From: an uncultured Candidatus Rokubacteria bacterium
GTDB taxonomy: Bacteria; Methylomirabilota; Methylomirabilia; Rokubacteriales; CSP1-6
Direction of reading: 5' to 3'
DNA: 64,000 nt
Assembly: GCA_963747235.1 (NCBI GenBank)
Contig: CAVVEU010000024.1
Span: 704,001-768,000 of the forward strand
Part shown: positions 43,387 to 53,556 of the stretch, in pieces
Layout of the letters: the number at the start of each line of letters is the position of its first letter
How positions within the stretch are numbered: position 1 is the stretch's first letter
Notes under the pieces: model-generated
The model's input: the letters and a program-made list of their open reading frames with translations, nothing else
Told to the model about the DNA's origin: nothing
Databases searched by the model: none
Translations under genes and position numbers: made by a program

Positions 43387-43561
43387 AGCGGAGGGGAGCG
43401 GGCGGGGCGGGGGCGCGGGGGTGCGGCCGGTGACTCGTTCCCTCCGGGGAACGCCTAGAGCGGCTTCCCGGATTGGGAACTCCTGCGGCGAGGTTGCGAG
43501 GGAGCGGGTCGTGGTCAGAGGCCGCACCCCCGCGCCCCCGCCCCGCCCGCTCCCCTCCGCT
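43387..43561. repeat. Long-stem dispersed element, copy A (MITE-like or structured RNA)
   Basis: Perfect 42-bp inverted repeats (43387-43428 and 43520-43561) around a 91-nt core homologous, in reverse orientation, to 50775-50872. Confidence 0.85.
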
Positions 43562-43566
43562 TAACG

Positions 43567-44775
<1,209 letters not shown>

Positions 44776-44836
44776 GTGGGCCCTCCCGGCGCCGGTGCCT
44801 CTGGTACGGTGTCCTTCGCCCCCTGACGTGGCCCCA

Positions 44837-44865
44837 ACCCTAGGGCCGAGGCGCGCGATTGTCAA
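44837..44865 (-). promoter_or_regulatory. Putative sigma70 promoter of the acyl-CoA dehydrogenase gene
   Basis: Minus strand TTGACA-17-TAGGGT. Confidence 0.55.
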
Positions 44866-44950
44866 CGCCTCGGCAGGGGGCCCGCGTCTGGACTTGGAGG
44901 GCCCTCCGTGGTAGAAAAATGCGAGACTTACGCGACATTCGGCGCTGACC

Positions 44951-45940
44951 ATGCTCTCGATCTCCGACACGGCTACCGAGATGGTGAACTGGGTGTTCCC
45001 GGAGCACGCGGGGGCGCCCGGGCAGATCCACGGGGGGCGCATGATGCAGTGGATCGCCACCTGCGGCACCATCGCGGCCTCGCGGGTGGCGCGGGGCAAC
45101 GTGGTGCTGGGCGCGATGGACGACATCGACTTCCTGCACCCGGTCAAGGTGGGCGAGGTCGCGGTGCTGCGGGCCCAGGTGGAGTACGTCGGCCGGTGCT
45201 CGCTCGAGGTCGGGGTGCGCGTGTACGCCGAGAAGCCCGCGACCGGCGAGCGGGTGCTCACGCTGTCCTCCCACCTCGTCTTCGTCAAGGTGGACGAGCA
45301 GATCAAGCCGCTCCCGGTGCCGCAGACGGTGGCGCCGCGCGGGCCGGAGGAAGAGGCCCTGCACGCGGCGGCGGGCGAGCGGCGCGCCCGGCGGCTCGCG
45401 CGCTTCGCCCGGCGCGCCGAGCGCATGCGCGAGGTGGAGGACGACGCGCCCGAGCAGCTCCGCTGGCGGTTCGAGTCCTGCCGGTCGGTGCTGCCCGAGG
45501 ATCTGCTGTTCGGCAACACCATGTTCGCGGGCAAGCTGCTGCAGGACATCGACGAGGCGGGCGGTATCCTCTCCATGCGGTACTGCCGGGGCCTGGTCAT
45601 GACCGCGTGCCTGGACGCGCTCGACTTCTACGCGCCGATCCAGTCGAACGAGGTCGTGACGTTCCAGGCGGGCCTCAACCACGTGGGGACGTCGTCGCTG
45701 GAGATCGGGGTGAAGGTGCTGAGCGAGGTGCCGTGGACCGGCGAGACCAAGCACGCCTGCACCGCCTACCTCTCCTTCGTGCACCTGGGCACCGATCCGA
45801 GCGCTCCGCTTCGGCCCCAGCCGTGCCGGCCCTTCACGCCCGAGACCCCCGCCGAGCAGCGGCGCTGGGTCGGCGCGCTGCAGCGCCGAGCGCGGCGACT
45901 CGAACGCGTCAAAGCTGTGAAACTATCCCTCAGCGCGTAG
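44951..45940 (+). CDS. Acyl-CoA thioesterase, double hotdog fold
   Basis: Two repeats: VFPEHA..GQIHGG...[10 protein letters not shown]...SLEVGVRV and VLPED...MFAGKLL..IDEAG...SSLEIGVKV. Confidence 0.88.
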   Translation: MLSISDTATEMVNWVFPEHAGAPGQIHGGRMMQWIATCGTIAASRVARGNVVLGAMDDIDFLHPVKVGEVAVLRAQVEYVGRCSLEVGVRVYAEKPATGERVLTLSSHLVFVKVDEQIKPLPVPQTVAPRGPEEEALHAAAGERRARRLARFARRAERMREVEDDAPEQLRWRFESCRSVLPEDLLFGNTMFAGKLLQDIDEAGGILSMRYCRGLVMTACLDALDFYAPIQSNEVVTFQAGLNHVGTSSLEIGVKVLSEVPWTGETKHACTAYLSFVHLGTDPSAPLRPQPCRPFTPETPAEQRRWVGALQRRARRLERVKAVKLSLSA

Positions 45941-45949
45941 GAGATTGGC

Positions 45950-46702
45950 ATGTCTGGACACTCACGGTGGTCGCAGATCAAGCGGAAGAAGGGCAAGACC
46001 GACGTGCAGCGCGGGAAGCTGTTCTCGAAGATCCTGCGCGAGATCACGGTCGCGGCGAAGAACGGCGGGGGCGATCCCAAGGGCAACCTGCGCCTGAAGG
46101 CGGCCACGGAGTCGGCGCGGGCGGCCAACATGCCCGCCGACAACATCAAGCGGGCCATCCAGAAGGGCACCGGGGAGCTTCCCGGCGAGTCGTACGAGGA
46201 GATCTCGTACGAGGGCTACGGGGCGGGCGGGGTGGCGGTCATGGTGCGGACGCTGACCGACAACAAGAACCGCACCGGCCCCGAGATCCGGCACATCTTC
46301 GAGAAGAACGAGGGGCGGATGGGCACCTCGGGCTGCGTGGCCTGGATGTTCGACCGCCGGGGCATGATCGAGGTGGACGCCCAGAAGGTGAAGGAGGACG
46401 ATCTGCTCGAGAAGGCCCTCGACTCGGGGGCGACCGACGTCAAGCAGGTAGAAAAAGTGTTCGAGGTCACCGCGAGTCCTGATGAAATGGAGACGGTCCG
46501 CCAGGCGCTCGAGCGGCAGGGGATGCCGGTGGTCGAGGCGCGGGTGGACATGGTGCCGCAATCCACCGTGAAGGTAGAGGGTAAGGAGGCCGCGGCGGTG
46601 CTGCGGCTGATCGAGGCCCTCGAGGAGCAGGACGACGTCCAGTCCGTCTATTCCAACTACGACATCGCCGACGAGGTCATCGACGCCATCACCGCGGCCT
46701 AG
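45950..46702 (+). CDS. yebC: YebC/PmpR family protein
   Basis: MSGHSRWSQIKRKKG, YEGYGAGG, TDNKNRT, LEEQDDVQSVYSN. Confidence 0.95.
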   Translation: MSGHSRWSQIKRKKGKTDVQRGKLFSKILREITVAAKNGGGDPKGNLRLKAATESARAANMPADNIKRAIQKGTGELPGESYEEISYEGYGAGGVAVMVRTLTDNKNRTGPEIRHIFEKNEGRMGTSGCVAWMFDRRGMIEVDAQKVKEDDLLEKALDSGATDVKQVEKVFEVTASPDEMETVRQALERQGMPVVEARVDMVPQSTVKVEGKEAAAVLRLIEALEEQDDVQSVYSNYDIADEVIDAITAA

Positions 46703-46715
46703 CGCCCTTCGCGTC

Positions 46716-47348
46716 ATGGGGGTGGACCCGGGGCTCGTCGCCACCGGGTTCGGCGTGCTGGAGGTCGGCCCCGGCGGGGTGACGGTGTGCGACGCCGGCG
46801 TCATCAGCACGACCACCGGGCAGCCGCTGGAGGCCCGCCTGAACGCCCTGCATCGAGCGGTGCACCGGATCATCGAGCTGCAGAGCCCCGGCCTGCTCGT
46901 GGTCGAGGATCTCTACACCGAGTACAAGTTCCCGCGCACCGCCATCCTCATGGGCCACGCCCGGGGCGTGATCTACCTGGCCGCGCGCCAGCTCGGGGTG
47001 AGCGTGCTCGCGCTGGCCCCCTCGGAGGTCAAGCGCGCCATGACCGGCAACGGCGCGGCGGGCAAGGGCCAGATGCAGCGCGCGGTCCAGACCGTGCTCG
47101 GGCTCAAGGAGCTGCCGCGCCCCTCGCACGTGGCCGACGCGCTCGGGCTGGCCACCACCGGAATGTGGCGCATCACGGGCCGGGTGCCGGGCCCGGCGGG
47201 CGGACACTCGTTCACTTCTTCAGGCTCTTCATCTGCGGGGGCCCAGAAATGGCCCCCGCACTCCCCCCGCGCCCGCTCATCCCGTCGCGGATCACCGGCC
47301 GACCGTGATCGCTTCATTGCGGGGCAAGCTGCGGCGCAAGCTCGATGA
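46716..47348 (+). CDS. ruvC: Holliday junction resolvase (3' end runs through a repeat)
   Basis: MGVDPG...TGFGV, GHARGV, PSEVKRAMTGNGAAGK.QM, ADALGLA. Confidence 0.9.
   Translation: MGVDPGLVATGFGVLEVGPGGVTVCDAGVISTTTGQPLEARLNALHRAVHRIIELQSPGLLVVEDLYTEYKFPRTAILMGHARGVIYLAARQLGVSVLALAPSEVKRAMTGNGAAGKGQMQRAVQTVLGLKELPRPSHVADALGLATTGMWRITGRVPGPAGGHSFTSSGSSSAGAQKWPPHSPRARSSRRGSPADRDRFIAGQAAAQAR
47234..47267. repeat. Palindromic repeat, family 2
   Basis: Identical to 43254-43287. Confidence 0.85.
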
Positions 47349-47955
47349 CCGCGTGGTCGTCGAGGCGGCGGGGGTGGGCTATGAGGTCTTCGTCCCGCCG
47401 GTGACCCAGCAGGAGCTCCTGCACGCCAAGGCCGGGGACGGGGACGCGGCCGACGAGGTGGCGCTCGAGATCCACTACCACGCCACCCAGAACCAGCCGC
47501 GGCCCGTGCTGATCGGCTTCACCTCGGAGCTCGACCGCGAGTTCTTCGAGAAGCTGATCACCGTGAAGGACGTGGGCCCGATGGTGGCGGCCCGCTCGCT
47601 GGCCGCGCCGGTCGGGGAGATCGCGGCGGCCATCGCGCGGCAGGACGAGGGCTATCTGCGCCGCCTGCCCGGCATCGGCCCCCAGAAGGCCAAGAACATC
47701 GTGGCGCAGCTCCAGGCCAAGGTGGCCAAGTTCGCGCTGGCCCGAGGCGAGGCGACGAGCCCGGAGCCGGCCGCGGTCGTCGCGCCCGACGAGGAAGCGC
47801 TGCGCGGCATGGTCTTCGACATCCTGGTGAAGCAGCTCGGCTACCGGCCGAGCGAGGCGGCCCCGATCATCGGCGCCGCGCTCGCCCGCCGGCCCGGCGT
47901 GACGACGCCCGAGGAGCTGCTCGACGAGATCTACCGTGGCGGCCGAAAGGCCTGA
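47305..47955 (+). CDS. ruvA: Holliday junction branch migration protein
   Basis: MIASLRGKL, VVEAAGVGYEV, HhH motifs VKDVGP and LPGIGPQKA; lies between ruvC and ruvB. Confidence 0.88.
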   Translation: MIASLRGKLRRKLDDRVVVEAAGVGYEVFVPPVTQQELLHAKAGDGDAADEVALEIHYHATQNQPRPVLIGFTSELDREFFEKLITVKDVGPMVAARSLAAPVGEIAAAIARQDEGYLRRLPGIGPQKAKNIVAQLQAKVAKFALARGEATSPEPAAVVAPDEEALRGMVFDILVKQLGYRPSEAAPIIGAALARRPGVTTPEELLDEIYRGGRKA

Positions 47956-47968
47956 CGTGGACGGGGGC

Positions 47969-49003
47969 ATGACCGACGAGGCCCGCGTCATGAGCCGCGT
48001 CGCCCTGCCGGAGGAGACGCAGGTCGAGCGGCAGCTCCGGCCGCAGCGCCTCGACGAGTACGTGGGGCAGCGCGCGGCGGTCGAGAGCCTGCGCGTGTCG
48101 GTCGAGGCGGCGCGGCGGCGCGGGGAGCCGCTCGATCACGTGCTGCTCTCGGGCCCTCCGGGACTCGGCAAGACCACGCTGGCCACCATCATGGCCAACG
48201 AGATGCAGGCGAACATCATCACCACCGCCGGCCCGTCCCTCGAGCGCGGCGCGGACCTCATGGGCATCCTGACCAACCTCGCCGAGAAGGACGTGCTCTT
48301 CATCGACGAGATCCACCGGCTGCCGCGCGTGGTCGAGGAATTGCTCTACCCGGCCATGGAGGACTTCTCGGTCAACTTCGTGATGGACAAGGGCCTCAAC
48401 GCCCGCACCATCCGGATTCCGCTCCGGCCCTTCACCATGGTGGGCGCGACCACGCGGCCGGGCATGCTCTCCTCGCCGCTGCGCGAGCGCTTCGGGATCT
48501 TCCACCACCTGGATTTCTACTCGGGCGAGGATCTCACCGCGATCATCAACCGCTCCGCGTCCATTCTCGGAGCCCCGATCGTCGCGGGCGGCGCGGAGGC
48601 GATCGCTCAGCGCGCGCGCGGGACGCCGCGCATCGCCAACCGCCTGCTGCGGCGGGTGCGCGACTACGCGCAGGTGAAGGCCGACGGCACCGTCACCCCG
48701 GAGGTGGCCGTCCGCGCGCTCGATCAGGAAGGGGTGGACGAAGTCGGGCTCGATCGGCTCGACCGGCGCTTCCTCATCGCGATCATCGAGAACTACAAGG
48801 GCGGGCCGGTGGGCCTGGAGGCGATCGCCGCGACCATCAACGACGAGGCCGAGACCCTCGCGGAAGTGGTCGAGCCCTACCTGCTCAAGATCGGCTACGT
48901 GGTTCGCAGCCCGACCGGCCGCCGCGCGACCGCCGCGGCGTACGCGCACCTGGGCCACGCGCTGCCGGCCACTCCGGGAGGGCAGGGGCAGCTACCGCTG
49001 TGA
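47969..49003 (+). CDS. ruvB: Holliday junction helicase
   Basis: LRPQRLDEYVGQ, GPPGLGKTT, FIDEIHRL, GTPRIANRLLRRVRD. Confidence 0.96.
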   Translation: MTDEARVMSRVALPEETQVERQLRPQRLDEYVGQRAAVESLRVSVEAARRRGEPLDHVLLSGPPGLGKTTLATIMANEMQANIITTAGPSLERGADLMGILTNLAEKDVLFIDEIHRLPRVVEELLYPAMEDFSVNFVMDKGLNARTIRIPLRPFTMVGATTRPGMLSSPLRERFGIFHHLDFYSGEDLTAIINRSASILGAPIVAGGAEAIAQRARGTPRIANRLLRRVRDYAQVKADGTVTPEVAVRALDQEGVDEVGLDRLDRRFLIAIIENYKGGPVGLEAIAATINDEAETLAEVVEPYLLKIGYVVRSPTGRRATAAAYAHLGHALPATPGGQGQLPL

Positions 49004-49227
49004 TTCCGCTGGGCAAAATGCTTCTGCTATTCGGGCTCGTGATGGTACTCCTGGGAGTGGTCCTGCTCGTCGCGGGGCACTTCTCGGGGAAGGTGCCATG
49101 GCTCGGACGCTTGCCGGGAGACATCTACATCCAGCGCGGGAGCTGGACCTTCTACTTCCCGCTCGCCACCTGTCTCATCGTCTCCGTCGTCCTGACGCTG
49201 CTCTTCTCGCTCTTCAGCCGACGCTGA
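49000..49227 (+). CDS. DUF2905 small membrane protein
   Basis: LGRLPGDI...FYFPLATC; usual position after ruvB. Confidence 0.88.
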   Translation: MIPLGKMLLLFGLVMVLLGVVLLVAGHFSGKVPWLGRLPGDIYIQRGSWTFYFPLATCLIVSVVLTLLFSLFSRR

Positions 49228-50375
49228 TGCGGTCGTCGCTCGCCCTGCGGGCGGGCGCGCTCGTCGCGCTGGCCCTGCTCCTCTGCGCGGGCCCGGCGGC
49301 GGCCTCGGGGGACATCCGCGTGTCCATCGCCGAGGGGCTCCGCGTCGTCGAGGTGGGCGGCGGGCCCATGATGGTGAGCGATCTCGCCGGCCGGGCGGTG
49401 GTGGAGGATTCGCCGACCTGGCTCCGCGCCACGTGGAAGGGCGGCGCGCTCGAGGTCAGCGGCGGCGGGCGGCGCGTGGACGGCCTGCGGCTCGCCCCCG
49501 GCGACACCGGGTTCCTCCGCTTCAACGGCCGCGAGTACCCCGGCGCGCTCGAGATCGTGAAGACCGGCGACACGCTCACCGTGATCAACGAGCTGCCGCT
49601 CGAGGAGTACCTGGCGGGCGCGGTGAAGGCCGAGGCGGGCGACAAGATGCCGATCGAGATGCTGAAGGCGCAGGCGGTGGTGGCGCGCACCTACGCGGCC
49701 TATCACCGGCGCCTGAACGCCGAGAAGGCGTTCCACCTCGTCGCCTCGACGCTGAACCAGCAGTACATCGGCCGCGTGCCGACGGATTCGCCGGTCTGGG
49801 CCGCGGTGAACGAGACGGCCGGCCAGGTGCTGCTGTGGAACGGCGAGCTGTTCCCCGCCTTCTACCACACCGACAGCGGCGGGCACACCGAGGATCCGCG
49901 CGTGGTGTTCGCGACGGGGAACATGCCCGCGCTGAAGCCGGTGCGCGTCGAGTTCCCCTCCGCCTCGCCGCATCAGCGCTGGCGCCTCGATCTGCCCCTT
50001 GCCGATCTCTCCGCCGCGCTCCTCCGGGGCGGGGTGTCGGTCGGGCGCGTGCTGGCGCTCGACGTCCTCGAGCGGAGCACGTCCCTGCGGGTGGCGCGGA
50101 TCGCGGTCCGCGGCACCGCGGGCACCGTGACGCTCCGGGGCAACGACCTGCGCCGCCTGGTCGGCTACGACACGCTCAAGAGCACGCTCTTCGCGGTGGC
50201 GGTGGCGGGTCCGGTGGCCCGCTTCGTCGGTCGCGGCTACGGTCACGGGGTCGGGCTCGATCAGTGGAGCGCCAAGACCATGGCCGACCAGGGCTACAAC
50301 GCGCAGCAGATCGTCGCCTACTACTACCCGGGCGCCGTGCTCGCCACGCTTCCGTCCGCGCCCGCGGCCCGCTGA
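49227..50375 (+). CDS. SpoIID/LytB domain protein
   Basis: INELPLEEYL, LKAQAVVARTY, GRGYGHGVGLDQW, YYYPG. Confidence 0.9.
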   Translation: MRSSLALRAGALVALALLLCAGPAAASGDIRVSIAEGLRVVEVGGGPMMVSDLAGRAVVEDSPTWLRATWKGGALEVSGGGRRVDGLRLAPGDTGFLRFNGREYPGALEIVKTGDTLTVINELPLEEYLAGAVKAEAGDKMPIEMLKAQAVVARTYAAYHRRLNAEKAFHLVASTLNQQYIGRVPTDSPVWAAVNETAGQVLLWNGELFPAFYHTDSGGHTEDPRVVFATGNMPALKPVRVEFPSASPHQRWRLDLPLADLSAALLRGGVSVGRVLALDVLERSTSLRVARIAVRGTAGTVTLRGNDLRRLVGYDTLKSTLFAVAVAGPVARFVGRGYGHGVGLDQWSAKTMADQGYNAQQIVAYYYPGAVLATLPSAPAAR

Positions 50376-50389
50376 GCGCTCCGACCGGC

Positions 50390-50722
50390 GTGAGCCTGTC
50401 CTGGGACGAGTTCGCGCGCGTGGACATGCGCGTGGGCGTCGTGCTCGCCGCCCAGGAGTTTCCCGAGGCGCGGCGACCCGCGCTCAAGCTCGAGATCGAC
50501 TTCGGGCCGCTCGGCGTCAAGCGGTCGAGCGCGCAGATCACCGACGCACTACACGCCGGCGCGCTGGTCGGCCGGCGCGTGGTCGCGGTCGTCAACTTTC
50601 CGCCGAAGCGGATCGGGCCGTTCGTCTCCGAGGTGCTCGTCCTCGGCGCGTACAGCTCGGCCGGCGAGGTGATCCTCCTTGCGCCTGATCTCGACGTGGA
50701 GCCGGGGGCGCGGATCGGGTAG
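50390..50722 (+). CDS. csaA: tRNA-binding protein / CsaA chaperone
   Basis: FARVDMRVG, KLEIDFG, KRSSAQIT, AVVNFPPKRIGPFVSEVLVLG. Confidence 0.88.
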   Translation: MSLSWDEFARVDMRVGVVLAAQEFPEARRPALKLEIDFGPLGVKRSSAQITDALHAGALVGRRVVAVVNFPPKRIGPFVSEVLVLGAYSSAGEVILLAPDLDVEPGARIG

Positions 50723-50737
50723 CTCGCTCGCGGGAGG

Positions 50738-50909
50738 CGGGGCGTCGGGAGGGGCGGGGGGCGGCAGGTGGGCCTCTGACCACGACACGCTTTCTCGTCT
50801 TGTCGCCCTGGGGAGTTCCCAATCTGGGGTCGTGTGATTCCGGGCTTCCGTGGGGCGGGGAACGGGTCAGCCGGCCCACCTGCCGCCCCCCGCCCCTCCC
50901 GACGCCCCG
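50738..50909. repeat. Long-stem dispersed element, copy B
   Basis: Perfect 37-bp inverted repeats (50738-50774 and 50873-50909) around a 98-nt core homologous to copy A. Confidence 0.85.
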
Positions 50910-51014
50910 GTCTCTCTTCCTGGTTTCCCTCCACTGGGTTCCCGCTGCTGGTCTACGCTTCTGGCTTCTCTCTGTGTGTCCGCGGTTGTCTGGCTGGGCT
51001 ACACTTCGTGGGCT

Positions 51015-52054
51015 ATGGACGTTTCGCTCTTTGACTATTCGTTGCCGGCGGAGCTGATTGCGCAGGAGCCGGCGGAGCCTCGCGATGCTTCGCGGCTGCT
51101 CGTGGTCGATCGGGCGCGCGGGGCGTGGGAGGACCGGACGTTCGGCGATCTTCCTGAGCTCTTGCGGGCGGGGGATTGCTCTGGTGGCGAATCGGAGTCG
51201 GGTGATTCCGGCGCGGTTGCTGGGGACCGCGGTCGAGGGTGGGCGGCCGGTGGAGCTGTTGATGTTGCGGCCGGTCGGGGAGGGGCGGTGGGAGGCGCTG
51301 GTGCAGCCGGGGCGCCGGTGTCGGGTCGGGGCGCGGGTGGAGCTGGCGGGTGGGGCGGCGCGGGCGCGGATCGTGGGAGAGGCGGCCAGCGGGAGCGCGG
51401 GTCGTCGAGATCGAGGCGCCGTGGCCGGTGCGGGAGCTGCTGGAGCGGCATGGGTTGCCGCCGCTGCCGCCGTACATCGCGCGGCACGATGCGCCGAAGC
51501 CGGAGGATCGCGAGCGCTACCAGACCGTGTACGCGCGCGACGACGGGTCGGTGGCGGCGCCGACCGCGGGGTTGCACTTCACGCCGGAGCTGCTGGCGCG
51601 GCTCGCCGACCGGGGCGTCGCGGTGCACTACCTGACGCTGCACGTGGGGCCGGGCACCTTCCGGCCGCTGCGGGCCACGCGGCTCGACGAGCACCGCATG
51701 GAGGCGGAGCCGATCGAGATGCCCGAGGCGACCGCGCGCGCCGTGCACGAGGCGAAGCGCGACGGCCGCCGCGTCGTCGCGGTGGGGACGACCACGACGC
51801 GGGCGCTCGAGTGGGCGATGGGCGAGGACGGGCGGCTGCGCGAGGGAGCGGGCCTCGCCGATCTCTTCATCCGGCCCGGCCACCGCTTCCGCGTGGTGGA
51901 CGCGCTCATCACCAACTTCCACCTGCCGCGCTCGACCCTGCTGGTCCTGGTGGCGGCGCTCGCGGGCCGCGACCTGATCCTGGACGCCTACCGGCACGCG
52001 GTCGCCGCGCGCTACCGCTTCTACTCGTACGGCGACGCGATGCTGATCCAGTGA
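51015..52054 (+). CDS. queA: S-adenosylmethionine:tRNA ribosyltransferase-isomerase (frameshifts near 51180 and 51390)
   Basis: [75 protein letters not shown]. Confidence 0.92.
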
Positions 52055-53214
52055 GGGCGCAGCCCTTCGGCTTCGAGCTGATCCGCACCGACGGCGCCGC
52101 GCGCCTCGGCCGCATGCGCACCGCGCACGGCTCGGTGGACACGCCGGCCTTCATGCCGGTGGCGACGCAGGGCACGGTCAAGAGCCTGACCCCGGCCGAT
52201 CTCATCGCGGCCGGCGCGCAGATCGTGCTGGCCAACACCTACCACCTGCTCCTGCGCCCGGGCCACGAGCTGGTGCGCGAGCTGGGCGGCCTGCACCGCT
52301 TCATGGCCTGGGACGGGCCCATCCTGACCGACTCGGGCGGCTTCCAGGTGTGGAGCCTCTCCAACCTGCGGCGGATCGGGGAAGAGGGCGTCGAGTTCCG
52401 CTCCCACGTGGACGGGACGCTCCGCACCCTCACGCCGGAATCGGTCGTGGCCGTCCAGCACGCGCTCGGCGTCGACGTGCTCCATCCGCTCGACGAGTGT
52501 CTCGAGCACCCGGCCACCCTCGAGGAGACCGAGCGCTCGCTCGCGCTGACGCTGCGATGGCTCCGCCGGGCCGTCGCCGCGCACCGGGCCGCGGGCGCGC
52601 CGGGCGCGCTCTTCGGCATCGTGCAGGGCGGCACCTCGCCCGCGATGCGCCGCCGCGCGGTGGAGGAGACCTGCGCGCTCGACCTGCCGGGCTACGCCAT
52701 CGGCGGGCTCGCGGTGGGCGAGCCCAAGCCCGAGCTGTACGACATCGCGGAGCTGGTGGCCTCTCACTTGCCCGCCGACCGCCCGCGCTATCTCATGGGC
52801 GTGGGCAAGCCGACCGACCTGGTGGAGGCGGTGGCCCGCGGCGTCGATCTCTTCGACTGCGTGATGCCGACGCGCAACGCGCGCAACGGCCAGGCCTTCA
52901 CCCCGGACGGGCCGCTCAACATCGAGAATGCCCGCTTCCGCCACGACGGCGCGCCGCTCGACGCCGCGTGCCCCTGCGAGGCCTGCCGCCGCTTCTCGCG
53001 GGCCTATCTGCGCCACCTCTTCGCCGCGCGCGAGCTCCTCGGCTACCGGCTCCTGTCGCTGCACAACCTCACCTTCTACCTGGGACTCATGCGGCAGATG
53101 CGCGAGGCGGTGGCCCGTGGCGAGTTCGTCTCGTTCCGGTCTCGGTTTCTGGAGCGTTATGGGGTAGAATCCCTGCGCGGCTCGGCCGACATTCCCGCGG
53201 ACTCGGAGGCCTGA
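52051..53214 (+). CDS. tgt: tRNA-guanine transglycosylase
   Basis: [48 protein letters not shown] zinc site. Confidence 0.95.
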   Translation: MRAQPFGFELIRTDGAARLGRMRTAHGSVDTPAFMPVATQGTVKSLTPADLIAAGAQIVLANTYHLLLRPGHELVRELGGLHRFMAWDGPILTDSGGFQVWSLSNLRRIGEEGVEFRSHVDGTLRTLTPESVVAVQHALGVDVLHPLDECLEHPATLEETERSLALTLRWLRRAVAAHRAAGAPGALFGIVQGGTSPAMRRRAVEETCALDLPGYAIGGLAVGEPKPELYDIAELVASHLPADRPRYLMGVGKPTDLVEAVARGVDLFDCVMPTRNARNGQAFTPDGPLNIENARFRHDGAPLDAACPCEACRRFSRAYLRHLFAARELLGYRLLSLHNLTFYLGLMRQMREAVARGEFVSFRSRFLERYGVESLRGSADIPADSEA

Positions 53215-53219
53215 TTTTC

Positions 53220-53555
53220 ATGATCGATTTCGCATACGCGATGTCGCCATCGCCCGGCGGCGGCAACGGCGGCGGCATCATGTCCGTCCTCCCGCTGATG
53301 ATCGGCATGTTCGCCATCATGTACTTCCTGATCATCCGCCCCCAGCAGAAGCAGCGCCGAGAGCGGGAGAACCTCCTGCGGGCGATCAAGAAGGGCGATC
53401 GGGTCGTCACCAGCGGCGGGCTCTACGGCACCGTGGTGGGGTTGTCCGAGCACACCGTGACGCTCAAGGTGGCCGATCAGGTGAAGCTCGACTTCGAGCG
53501 CGGCTCCATCGGGCGCATCGTGCCCGCCGCGGGCGACAAGGAGTCGAGCGCCTAG
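53220..53555 (+). CDS. yajC: Preprotein translocase subunit YajC
   Basis: MYFLIIRPQQK, KKGDRVVTSGGLYG. Confidence 0.93.
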   Translation: MIDFAYAMSPSPGGGNGGGIMSVLPLMIGMFAIMYFLIIRPQQKQRRERENLLRAIKKGDRVVTSGGLYGTVVGLSEHTVTLKVADQVKLDFERGSIGRIVPAAGDKESSA

Positions 53556-53556
53556 G

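Noticed and set aside
43387-43561. 6S RNA or SRP RNA identity for the long hairpin
   Set aside because: No SRP GGAA-loop motif seen; two divergent copies with perfect G/C arms fit a dispersed element better. An Rfam scan is still needed.
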